Assembly: GCA_965112635.1 (NCBI GenBank)
Contig: OZ218778.1
Coordinates: 2,222,833-2,286,832, forward strand
Direction: 5' to 3'
From: an uncultured bacterium
GTDB lineage: Bacteria; Oederibacteriota; Oederibacteriia; Oederibacteriales; Oederibacteriaceae
DNA length: 64,000 bases
Part shown: one piece after another, positions 26,875 to 37,474 of the stretch
Layout: every line of letters begins with the position of its first letter
Numbering within the stretch: position 1 is the first letter of the stretch
The notes under the pieces: model-generated
The model's database searches: none
The model's input: the letters and a program-made list of their open reading frames with translations, nothing else
Told to the model about the DNA's origin: nothing
Program-made: the position numbers and the translations under genes

Positions 26875-27375
26875 ATGGCCAGTTGCAGTTATTGCGGCAC
26901 CACGATCCTTTTCGGAGGGATCCGGCAGGATGAATACCTTTTTTGCGGGGCCAAATGCGCCAGGCAGGGCGCGGCCCTGGTCCACGCCAAGGACATCTCC
27001 CTGAACCTGGCCGAAAAAACGGCGCGGGAGATCTTTTTCGGCGATTGCCCCCGCTGCCATGGCAAAGGGCCGGTGGACCTCCATACTTCCTACGAAGTGC
27101 TGTCCTTCCTGTTTATGACCCGCTACAGCAGCCATCCGTCCATCTGCTGCCGCTCCTGTGGGAACAAGCAAAGGCTCAAGGGATTCCTCTACACCTTTTT
27201 CCTGGGCTGGTGGGGTTTTCCCTGGGGGCTCGTGATGACCCCGTGGTATCTCGCCAAGAACCTTTTTGGGATCATGCACCCTACGGAAACCAATCTGCCC
27301 TCGGAAGCTTTGGTCAGGATCGTGCGCGTCAATATCGCGGCCCAGGCTTTGGCGCAGAAGAAAATGCAGGCCTGA
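26875..27375 (+). CDS. FCS/TRASH-like zinc finger plus zinc-ribbon protein with a C-terminal membrane hairpin (paralog 1)
   Basis: 166 aa with AGGAGGGGG upstream. Cysteine motifs: CSYCG...FCGAKCA and CPRCHG...CCRSCG. A hydrophobic segment LGWWGFPWGLVMTPW follows. It is a clear paralog of 29824..30324. Confidence 0.7.
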   Translation: MASCSYCGTTILFGGIRQDEYLFCGAKCARQGAALVHAKDISLNLAEKTAREIFFGDCPRCHGKGPVDLHTSYEVLSFLFMTRYSSHPSICCRSCGNKQRLKGFLYTFFLGWWGFPWGLVMTPWYLAKNLFGIMHPTETNLPSEALVRIVRVNIAAQALAQKKMQA

Positions 27376-27467
27376 CCCCAATGGCACTGGGTCAAGGCCG
27401 TTCCCTGGATGAAAAGATTTTTGGTGGTAAACTAAACAAGGTTATTTAACTCAACAAAGGAGGAATC

Positions 27468-27887
27468 ATGATGAATTTACTGAAACTAAAATTTTTGGGT
27501 AAGTTCAAGGATTTTGGACTGTTGGCGATGAGGCTGGGGGTCGGCGGGATGTTCGTGTTTGTGCACGGCGCACCCAAAGTCATGGGAGGACCGGACCTGT
27601 GGGTCAAGATCGGCGGAGCCATGGGGAACCTAGGCGTCAGTTTTGCCCCGACTTTCTGGGGATTCATGAGCGCCATGGCTGAATTTTGCGGGGCCATCCT
27701 GATCGTCCTGGGGTTTATGACACGGCCCGCTGCGGCAATCCTGTGTTTCAATATGATCGTGGCCATGACCATGCACTTCGCCATGCACCAGGGCATTGAT
27801 GTGGCCTCGCACGCCATTGAGGTTTTTTTCGTTTTCGCTTGCCTTTTGTTCACGGGGCCAGGCAAATACAGCATCGACCGGGATTAA
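27468..27887 (+). CDS. DoxX family membrane protein (paralog 1)
   Basis: 139 aa with AAAGGAGG upstream and four hydrophobic helices. It aligns end to end with 32221..32640. Confidence 0.85.
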   Translation: MMNLLKLKFLGKFKDFGLLAMRLGVGGMFVFVHGAPKVMGGPDLWVKIGGAMGNLGVSFAPTFWGFMSAMAEFCGAILIVLGFMTRPAAAILCFNMIVAMTMHFAMHQGIDVASHAIEVFFVFACLLFTGPGKYSIDRD

Positions 27888-27911
27888 ACAAGCTCTTCCA
27901 AGCGACCTAAA

Positions 27912-28739
27912 ATGGCCAAAGAACTTCCCCTCATCCTGGGGGGACACAGCTTTATCCAGCAATTGGGAAACGACCCGCCGGCTTCTCCCAAAGAGCAGTG
28001 CGAGATTGTGGCAGAATGTTTGGACAGTGGAGTTGTCTGGTTCGACGTGACATACCAGCCCGAGCGCCTGGCTCTGGGCAGAGCGCTTCACAAATTGGGA
28101 CGCCACAAAGAAGCGCGCATCATTGCTTGGAATTTTTTCCACGGGTTTGAGGCCGGCGAGGAAGTGGGCGGGCCGGTTTATTATCAACCCAGTCATCTCC
28201 ACCTCATGCTCAAGCAACTGCGCACCGACCATATCGACGCCCTCGTGGTCCATCCGCTCAAAGACGCAAGGCGCAACGAAAGCCAGCTCAAACTGGCCCG
28301 GGCCTGGCAAAAACAGGGAGCCGTGGGAACTCTCGGGCTTTGGGGACCGGAACGCAATGTCGATAAGCTTTATACTTTGGGTAATCCTTATGCTTTTATG
28401 GTCAAACCTTACAATGTCACGACCAAGGATTCGCCGGTTATATTCGAAAAGTGCAGGATGCTGGCCTGGTTGAACTTTGCCTGTTCTCCTTTTGTGCGCG
28501 GCTGGGAACTGGACAGCCTTGTGAAAAGGGCGATGAAAAAGGACAAGGCCGGCGAAAAAGAAATCCGGCAAAAAATCGCCGACCACATGCTGAGATACTC
28601 GCTGTTCCAGCCCTATGTGGACAAGCTCATCGTGGCCATGCGCAAAAAGCAATGGATCAAGAAGAACATCCAAAGTTATTGGAAGGGCAAGCTCGCCTCA
28701 CCGGAAAACCGCTGGCTGATGGGCCTGGTCGGCCGATAA
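27912..28739 (+). CDS. aldo/keto reductase-like protein
   Basis: 275 aa. Segments GVVWFDVTYQPERLALGRAL and LRTDHIDALVVHPL resemble AKR blocks. The 347-aa ORF on the opposite strand has antisense-type composition. Confidence 0.6.
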   Translation: MAKELPLILGGHSFIQQLGNDPPASPKEQCEIVAECLDSGVVWFDVTYQPERLALGRALHKLGRHKEARIIAWNFFHGFEAGEEVGGPVYYQPSHLHLMLKQLRTDHIDALVVHPLKDARRNESQLKLARAWQKQGAVGTLGLWGPERNVDKLYTLGNPYAFMVKPYNVTTKDSPVIFEKCRMLAWLNFACSPFVRGWELDSLVKRAMKKDKAGEKEIRQKIADHMLRYSLFQPYVDKLIVAMRKKQWIKKNIQSYWKGKLASPENRWLMGLVGR

Positions 28740-28753
28740 AAAGGGGGAATATT

Positions 28754-29806
28754 GTGATAAGACCGCTCTTAATTTTCGTGCCTTTGCTAATGGTTGCCTT
28801 TGCCAGCGTGGCGCAAGCTGGAGGTGGCCGGTCCAATCTGCGGGATTACGCCCAAAAAAGGAATTTTCTGATCGGAACCTGCGTGGACATGAGAGCCTTT
28901 TACAAGGACGCCGCCTACACTGCCATTTTAGCCCGGGAATTCAACGCTCTGGTGGCCGAGAATGCTTTTAAACAAAAAGCCGTCTGGACGGGGCCACATA
29001 CTTACAATTTCAAGGATACGGATGCCTTGGTTGATTTTGCCCAAAAGCACAAGATGAAGATAAGGGGGCATTGCCTGGTCTGGCATCACGAAGTGCCCCA
29101 GTGGCTCAAGGAAGGCCATTATTCGGGTAAAGAGGTCAACGACCTGCTCAAGGATTACATCACGGCCTTTGTTTCCCGCTACAAGGGCAAAGTGGACCAG
29201 TGGGACGTGGTCAATGAGGCTATTGACGATAAAACTTTCGGGCTGAGGCTGGACTCTTTTTGGTTCCAAAAACTCGGTCCGGAATATCTCAGCCTCGCTT
29301 TCCAGTGGGCGCATAAGGCCGACCCCAAGGCCAAGCTCTACTATAACGAGTACAGTGCCGAAGATATGGGAAAAAAATCCGAGACTGTTTACGGATTGCT
29401 GGCGGACCTCATGAAAAATAAGATCCCGGTCTCAGGAGTGGGTTGGCAGTGCCATATACTGGAGCAAGGCTGGCGCACCAGCGAAGATATGACTAAAAAT
29501 GCCAAGAGGCTGGGGAAACTGGGACTGGAAATCATGGTCACGGAATTGGATGTGTCTATCAAGCTTCCCACCACCAAGGAGAAATTACTGGAACAGGCCC
29601 AGTGCTACAGGGATATGATGGATTTTTGCCTTAAAACGCCCCAGGTCAAAGGCCTGCTGATGTGGGGGTTCACCGACGCCCATTCCTGGATACCAAGTTT
29701 TCAACCCGGCAAGGGAGACGCGCTCATTTTCGACAAGGATTACCAGCCCAAGCCTGCCTACCAGGCCATGCTGGAAGAACTAGCCAAGGGGAAGAACAAA
29801 AAATAA
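28754..29806 (+). CDS. secreted glycoside hydrolase family 10 endo-1,4-beta-xylanase
   Basis: The GTG at 28754 has AAGGGGGAA upstream and a signal peptide IRPLLIFVPLLMVAFASVAQA. GH10 blocks present: RGHCLVWHHEVPQW, WDVVNEA, YYNEY and VTELDV. Confidence 0.9.
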   Translation: MIRPLLIFVPLLMVAFASVAQAGGGRSNLRDYAQKRNFLIGTCVDMRAFYKDAAYTAILAREFNALVAENAFKQKAVWTGPHTYNFKDTDALVDFAQKHKMKIRGHCLVWHHEVPQWLKEGHYSGKEVNDLLKDYITAFVSRYKGKVDQWDVVNEAIDDKTFGLRLDSFWFQKLGPEYLSLAFQWAHKADPKAKLYYNEYSAEDMGKKSETVYGLLADLMKNKIPVSGVGWQCHILEQGWRTSEDMTKNAKRLGKLGLEIMVTELDVSIKLPTTKEKLLEQAQCYRDMMDFCLKTPQVKGLLMWGFTDAHSWIPSFQPGKGDALIFDKDYQPKPAYQAMLEELAKGKNKK

Positions 29807-29823
29807 GAAGGAGGGAAACGGAC

Positions 29824-30324
29824 ATGGCTGTATGCAGTTACTGCGGAACAACGATACTTTTCGGCGGGATACGCAAAGATGAATATACATTCTGCAGCGC
29901 CAAATGCGCCAAGAACGGCGCTCCTCTGGTCCTGGCTAAGGATGTGCCGCTGGCCGTAGCGGAAAAGACCGCGAGGGAGATCTTCTTTGGCACCTGCCCC
30001 AGATGCCACGGGAACGGGCCCGTGGATGTCCACAACTCCTACGAGGTATCCTCGTTCATTTTTGTCACGAACTCCAAAAGCACTCCGCATGTGTGCTGCC
30101 GTTCCTGCGGGAATAAATTCCGTATCAAAGGGCTCATTTATTCTCTGTTCCTGGGCTGGTGGGGAGTGCCCTGGGGAGTGGTCATGACACCCCTCCAGAT
30201 CGTGAGGAACCTGACCGGACTCCTGCACCCGGCGGACAACAACACTCCGTCCGCGGACCTCATCCGGATAGTCCGCATCGGTTTAGCGTCCCAATCTCTG
30301 GCGGACACAAAAAAACCTTCCTAG
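29824..30324 (+). CDS. FCS/TRASH-like zinc finger plus zinc-ribbon membrane protein (paralog 2)
   Basis: The ATG at 29824 has AAGGAGGGA upstream. The N-terminus reads MAVCSYCGTTILFGGIRKDEYTFCSAKCA. Further motifs are CPRCHG...CCRSCG and LGWWGVPWGVVMTP. Confidence 0.75.
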   Translation: MAVCSYCGTTILFGGIRKDEYTFCSAKCAKNGAPLVLAKDVPLAVAEKTAREIFFGTCPRCHGNGPVDVHNSYEVSSFIFVTNSKSTPHVCCRSCGNKFRIKGLIYSLFLGWWGVPWGVVMTPLQIVRNLTGLLHPADNNTPSADLIRIVRIGLASQSLADTKKPS

Positions 30325-30330
30325 TCCTAA

Positions 30331-30924
30331 TTACTCATAGTGATGGGTTGTTTTGGTCCAGGCATAACCCAGGCCGAGGCGGAATTCAACGGTAAAAGAA
30401 TTAACACCTCCTGGGAATGAGTAGTTGGACTGGATATTTTGATTGCCGGCTGAAATCATGAGCAGGTCAATGCTCCATTGATGGTCAAATATCCATTGAT
30501 ATCCTAATCCTGACGCGAAAGCTGAAATGGTGTCATTTTTTGTCCCTAAATTATCCGCATGAATATTAATATCCTGGTAAAGATAACAAAGTAAGAGATA
30601 AAACCCATTGGGGGCGTTTTGATAGGTATACATTTTGAAGCCCCCGGTGATCCCGTCAGAAGTTAAACCGCATCTATCAGCGCTGGCATTCCAATAATTC
30701 CCTTTGACCATGAAAGAAAAATAATTATTAAAATACTTTTCGTACTGGAGGTCCAAGATGGGATAGATGGTCTCTGTAGAGTTAAAAGGAGTGTCGAATG
30801 TTTTGGGCACGAAATTCAACGTAGCGATCTGGTCCTCATGGACCTGTTCCACCCAATCAGCACAGGAGCAGGAAGCTGAATAAAGCAAGGCAACAAAGGT
30901 GATAATGGAAAAAAATATTTTCAT
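30331..30924 (-). CDS. small secreted beta-barrel-like protein
   Basis: The ATG at 30924 overlaps the upstream stop as ATGA. The signal peptide is MKIFFSIITFVALLYSASCSCA. The body is about 175 aa, rich in aromatic residues, Gly and Asn. Confidence 0.6.
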   Translation of the reverse strand: MKIFFSIITFVALLYSASCSCADWVEQVHEDQIATLNFVPKTFDTPFNSTETIYPILDLQYEKYFNNYFSFMVKGNYWNASADRCGLTSDGITGGFKMYTYQNAPNGFYLLLCYLYQDINIHADNLGTKNDTISAFASGLGYQWIFDHQWSIDLLMISAGNQNIQSNYSFPGGVNSFTVEFRLGLGYAWTKTTHHYE

Positions 30925-32057
30925 TTTTTGAGGTCTTTGGCCGAAGGGTAGGGACGGCAATCAGGATAGGAGGACGGGTTAAGATAGGTCTTAAAGGTAA
31001 TAGCCCAGAGGCCTCCTAGAACAAATGCTACAAGACCACTGCTGGCGTCTTGATGGTTTTTGCCCATGACCGCGTATATCCCATAACTAAGCCCAAGCCC
31101 GATAGCAAAATAGGGACCAAGATCATAGGCATTTTTTTCTCTCATCCACTGGCATTCTTCACGGGTATGGTATTCCTTACCTAGTTCCAGGGATGGCTGC
31201 TTGTTGGGGGAGACGTTAGCCTGGTTCTGCTGGGCTGGCTCACTGCCTCCTGTAAATTCTGCGGGTGGCTTGGAGCAGTCAGGCGCGTAGGTAGATGCCC
31301 ACCATCCACCCAAAAACTCGCCGATGGTCCCGCCCAGGAGAGCAGTGATGAGGGGTGTAAAATTATATTCATCAGGAGCGCTTTTGGGGGAAGCATAATA
31401 ACCAATAGCTCCTCCCAGGAGCATTCCTCCGATCAGGCCGAGCATGGTACCTCCGAAGATGATATTTTGTCGGGTATTCAGGCAATCTTTATAACTGGTG
31501 AAACGTGGGCCGCTCACAGTTTTAGGGTTTTCAAAATCGTTAGGATGGGCAGCCTTTTCTTTTTGATATAGTTCCTCGGTTGTGGGCAAACAATCGCAGG
31601 TTGGAATTTTTGAAGGATAGAGCCATTGGGAGATAAAGTAACCGCTGACGCCGCCAACCAGCATGGCGACCTGAGGTGTCCAGTTGAAATTAGCACTTTC
31701 CGAAAGGGAATCGGAGCTGTTGGCTGGGGATAAAAATACCCCTCCGAGACCGCCCAGCGTCGCACCGATACCAACTCCCAGCAGCGTTTCATATCCTGTA
31801 TCATTGGCGACTAGATATACCCTTTCTTTCTCACATTCCTCTCGTGTTTTAAAACCGCTCCAGTAAGCCAGAGCGTCCTTTTTTACATCACCAGGATTTT
31901 TGGGATTAATGTTCAAGTTATGATCAGCAAAAGCATAAAAATTAAGGTCATGGGAGCTGTTGGCATAAACCAAGCCAGGTAAAATGAGGGTACCAATAAT
32001 AGTGAAAATTAAAAAAATGGATAGTGGTTTTTGGAGGTTTTTAAATACGTAAATCAT
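30921..32057 (-). CDS. modular glycine-zipper membrane protein with conserved Cys pairs
   Basis: The ATG at 32057 gives the signal peptide MIYVFKNLQKPLSIFLIFTIIGTLILPGLVYA. The longer 532-aa ORF would run antisense through the DoxX gene. About six Gly-zipper helices are present, such as GVGIGATLGGLGGVF and GGMLLGGAIGYY. They alternate with segments carrying P(D/T)C and EEC/KDC motifs. Confidence 0.65.
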   Translation of the reverse strand: MIYVFKNLQKPLSIFLIFTIIGTLILPGLVYANSSHDLNFYAFADHNLNINPKNPGDVKKDALAYWSGFKTREECEKERVYLVANDTGYETLLGVGIGATLGGLGGVFLSPANSSDSLSESANFNWTPQVAMLVGGVSGYFISQWLYPSKIPTCDCLPTTEELYQKEKAAHPNDFENPKTVSGPRFTSYKDCLNTRQNIIFGGTMLGLIGGMLLGGAIGYYASPKSAPDEYNFTPLITALLGGTIGEFLGGWWASTYAPDCSKPPAEFTGGSEPAQQNQANVSPNKQPSLELGKEYHTREECQWMREKNAYDLGPYFAIGLGLSYGIYAVMGKNHQDASSGLVAFVLGGLWAITFKTYLNPSSYPDCRPYPSAKDLKK

Positions 32058-32220
32058 AAAAATGATGATACCCTCAACTGGGAAAAAAGCAAAACTGTAG
32101 CGGATAGGAAAAAGTGGATTAGGCACAATTTTACGGTTTTTATTATGACCTTTGGCATGGTCTGCTTTTGGATTAGTGCTAAAATAATCATAAAATAATT
32201 CGAATAGGGGAGGGAAAAGC

Positions 32221-32640
32221 ATGATGAATTTGATAAAACTGAAATTTTTAGGGAAGTTCAAAGACCTGGGGCTGCTGATAACGCGCCTGGGAGTCGGCAT
32301 CATGTTCGTTTTTGTCCATGGCGGCCCAAAAATGATGGCCGGGCCCGACATGTGGGTGAAATTGGGCGGAGCCATGGGGAACCTCGGCGTCACCTTTGCG
32401 CCGACCTTCTGGGGATTTATGAGCGCGTTCGCGGAGTTCGGCGGAGGCATCCTGCTGATACTCGGGTTTATGACCCGTCCGGCTTGCGCCCTGCTTTGCT
32501 TTAACATGGTCGTGGCCATGATGATGCACTACGCCATGCACGATACCATGGCCACTGCTTCGCATGCCATTGAGGTGTTTTTTGTTTTTGCCGGCCTTTT
32601 GTTCGTCGGCCCGGGCAAATACAGCATTGATAAAGAATAA
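32221..32640 (+). CDS. DoxX family membrane protein (paralog 2)
   Basis: 139 aa. It matches paralog 1 closely: MMNLIKLKFLGKFKDLGLL versus MMNLLKLKFLGKFKDFGLL, and it ends GPGKYSIDKE versus GPGKYSIDRD. Confidence 0.85.
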   Translation: MMNLIKLKFLGKFKDLGLLITRLGVGIMFVFVHGGPKMMAGPDMWVKLGGAMGNLGVTFAPTFWGFMSAFAEFGGGILLILGFMTRPACALLCFNMVVAMMMHYAMHDTMATASHAIEVFFVFAGLLFVGPGKYSIDKE

Positions 32641-32654
32641 ATCAGAACGGAATT

Positions 32655-32684
32655 TGTAGGGGCGTATTGCAATACGCCCCTACA
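32655..32684. terminator. bidirectional hairpin terminator between convergent DoxX and GH3 genes
   Basis: The hairpin is tgtaggggcgtat-tgca-atacgcccctaca: a perfect 13-bp stem with a 4-nt loop. On the + strand it is followed by tttacttttt. Confidence 0.75.
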
Positions 32685-32692
32685 TTTACTTT

Positions 32693-35017
32693 TTAGCTGA
32701 CCGTTACCTTGGAAAAGAAAACAGTTCTTTCAGGAACAAATTTTATTTTACCGACCGCATTGACCCTACCCTTTAGGCGAATGTCCGCCGAGGAACTGCC
32801 CACCATGACTTTGAAATACCCTGGCTCCACCACCAGTTCCATATTCCTATCCAAAAATGCCATCTGCTCTAGCGCTAATTCAAAAGTCACTTTTTTCTTC
32901 TGTCCCGCTTTGAGATGGATACGTTGGAAACCTTTTAATTCCATATTGGGCCGGGCGAGAGAGGACGCTTCGTCGGTCAGATATAGCTGGACTACTTCGT
33001 CTCCTGCGACCTTGCCCGTATTTTTGAGCGTGAAACTGATCTTGACCACGCCCGAAGTCTGCACAGACCGCGGAGTGATGGCCAGACCGCTGTATTCAAA
33101 TTTGGTGTAGGACAGACCATGGCCAAAAGGGAAGAGAGGCTTCATGTCCATACTGATGTAATCCCCGAACGAGGAAGACTTGCGGTTGTAGTTGATGGGG
33201 ATCTGGCCCGCGTCCTTAGGAAAAGTGTGGGCTAGTTTGCCACCCGGGTTGTAGTCCCCGAAAATGGTGTCCGCCACGGCGTTGCCGCCCTCCTCGCCAG
33301 GATACCAGCACTCCAGGACCGCGTTGACCTTGTCGCGGAGGTATAAAGAGCCGATGGGACGGCCGTTGGTGAGCACACAGATGACGGGTTTGCCGGTGTC
33401 GACCAAAGCTTTGAGCAGGTCCTCCTGCGCGCCCATGAGACGGATGTTCTCGCGGTCGCAGCCTTCGCCGGATAAACCTTTGAAAAAGATACCGGAATAG
33501 TCTCCGATACAAGCTATCACGGCGTCGGCCTGGCGGGCCACCACCGCGGCCTGGGCCAATCCGCTCCGATCCATGTCTTTACCGCCCTCGAACATATTGG
33601 CTGGAGTTTCAGGCCCGACGGCGGTCGTGACATTGTGCTTGCAGCCCTGGGCATAGAGCACCTGGACCTTTTTACCGCACTTATTCTTGATGCCTTCGAG
33701 GATGGAGACCATGCGGATAGAATCTTTTGGTGCGTTCCAGTGGGCCGTAATGTGGTAATCGCCGAAGAGGCAGCGGGTGGTATCAGCATTGGGGCCGACC
33801 ACGGCGAGTTTCTTTATTTTTTTCATATCGAGGGGCAGGACGCCGTCGTTCTTTAAAAGGACAAAGGTCTTGCTGGCCAGCTCGCGGGCGAATTTGCGGT
33901 CCCAGGGAGTGTCAAAATTTTTGGCTGATTTTTTTTCATTTACGAAGGGGTTGTCAAAAAGGCCCAGCAAGTATTTCACCTTTAACATCCTGGAAACCGA
34001 GAGGTTGATGGTCTCGATGGAGATGAGCCCTTCTTTAAAGGCCTGCTTGAGAGGCTTGCCGTAGCAATACCGTTCGGGAAGCTCGATGTCCAAACCGGCC
34101 TCGAGGGCGGCCACAGCCGCTTCTTTAAGCGAACCCAGGGCTTTGTGGTGAGTATGCAACATAGGGATGGCCATGTAATCCGAAACGATGATCCCTTTGA
34201 AACCCCATCGCTCGCGAAGGATTTCGGTCAAAAGCTCCCGGGAGGACGCACAGGGTATGCCGTCCACTTCGTGGTAGGCGTTCATCAGAGAATAGGTCTC
34301 GGCGAACCTGACCGCGACCTCAAAGGGAAATAGAAATTGTTCGTGGAATTCGCGCGGGGTCAGATGGGCTGGAGCAAGGTTCCTGCCGCCTTCAGACCAG
34401 CCGTGGCCGGCGAAATGTTTGACGGTGGCAATGACGCCTGACCGCAAGTCCTTGCCCTGCAGGCCCATAATATAAGCTGCGCCCATAGCCGCGACCAGGT
34501 AGTGATCTTCGCTGAAAGTCTCCTCAGTGCGTCCCCATCGTGCATCGCGTTGGACATCGAGGACAGGGGCCAAACCCTGGTGGCCACCCATACCGCGGAT
34601 TTGCCTCTTGATGATGCTGGTCATTTTTTCAATGGTGTCCGGGTCAAAGGTGCAGCCTAAGCCGATGGCCTGGGGAAACACCGAGGAACCGTAGCCCAGT
34701 GGGCCGGCCAGGCACTCCTCGTGGACCATAGCGGGAATCTTTAAGCGGGTCTTGGTCAGCAGGAATCTCTGGGCCTCATTGTTCACGCGCGCGGAGATCT
34801 TGTAGGCGTCCATATGTTCCGGACCAAAGGAACCGAAGGTCCTGGTCAGCTGGCCGATGCCGTGTTTCATATATTTCATGGCCAACTTATTGGAGAACTT
34901 TCCTTTTTTATCCCGGATGTAGTCCGCCCTCGCCGAAGTGAGCTGGCTGATCTTTTCATCCAGGGACATGCTTCCGAGCAGATCTTTGACCTTCTGGTCG
35001 ATCAATACTTCTGACAT
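32693..35017 (-). CDS. glycoside hydrolase family 3 beta-glucosidase / beta-xylosidase (BglX-like)
   Basis: About 774 aa. The ATG at 35017 has GGAGG 5 nt upstream. GH3 blocks present: GRNLAPAHL..., WGFKGIIVSDYMA (nucleophile Asp region), and the C-terminal FPFGHGLSYTKFEY. Confidence 0.9.
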   Translation of the reverse strand: MSEVLIDQKVKDLLGSMSLDEKISQLTSARADYIRDKKGKFSNKLAMKYMKHGIGQLTRTFGSFGPEHMDAYKISARVNNEAQRFLLTKTRLKIPAMVHEECLAGPLGYGSSVFPQAIGLGCTFDPDTIEKMTSIIKRQIRGMGGHQGLAPVLDVQRDARWGRTEETFSEDHYLVAAMGAAYIMGLQGKDLRSGVIATVKHFAGHGWSEGGRNLAPAHLTPREFHEQFLFPFEVAVRFAETYSLMNAYHEVDGIPCASSRELLTEILRERWGFKGIIVSDYMAIPMLHTHHKALGSLKEAAVAALEAGLDIELPERYCYGKPLKQAFKEGLISIETINLSVSRMLKVKYLLGLFDNPFVNEKKSAKNFDTPWDRKFARELASKTFVLLKNDGVLPLDMKKIKKLAVVGPNADTTRCLFGDYHITAHWNAPKDSIRMVSILEGIKNKCGKKVQVLYAQGCKHNVTTAVGPETPANMFEGGKDMDRSGLAQAAVVARQADAVIACIGDYSGIFFKGLSGEGCDRENIRLMGAQEDLLKALVDTGKPVICVLTNGRPIGSLYLRDKVNAVLECWYPGEEGGNAVADTIFGDYNPGGKLAHTFPKDAGQIPINYNRKSSSFGDYISMDMKPLFPFGHGLSYTKFEYSGLAITPRSVQTSGVVKISFTLKNTGKVAGDEVVQLYLTDEASSLARPNMELKGFQRIHLKAGQKKKVTFELALEQMAFLDRNMELVVEPGYFKVMVGSSSADIRLKGRVNAVGKIKFVPERTVFFSKVTVS

Positions 35018-35041
35018 TATTACCTCCATTTTCAAACTTTA

Positions 35042-37448
<2,407 letters not shown>

Positions 37449-37474
37449 TTTAAAAATAATAAATTGGCGGACTA

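Noticed and set aside
27630-28673. 347-aa minus-strand ORF overlapping DoxX and the AKR-like gene
   Set aside because: It overlaps two + strand genes that have RBSs and family-like motifs. Its own sequence is antisense-type and lacks an RBS.
28451-28753. N-terminal extensions proposed by the ORF track for the GH10 gene here, and likewise for 16628-16786, 29662-29823 and 59496-59576
   Set aside because: The extensions overlap upstream genes or lack coding character. Internal starts have good RBSs and give signal peptides or canonical N-termini.
32058-32519. N-terminal 154 codons of the 532-aa minus ORF 30921..32519
   Set aside because: This part runs antisense through the well-supported DoxX paralog (32221..32640). 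The internal ATG at 32057 gives a proper signal peptide.
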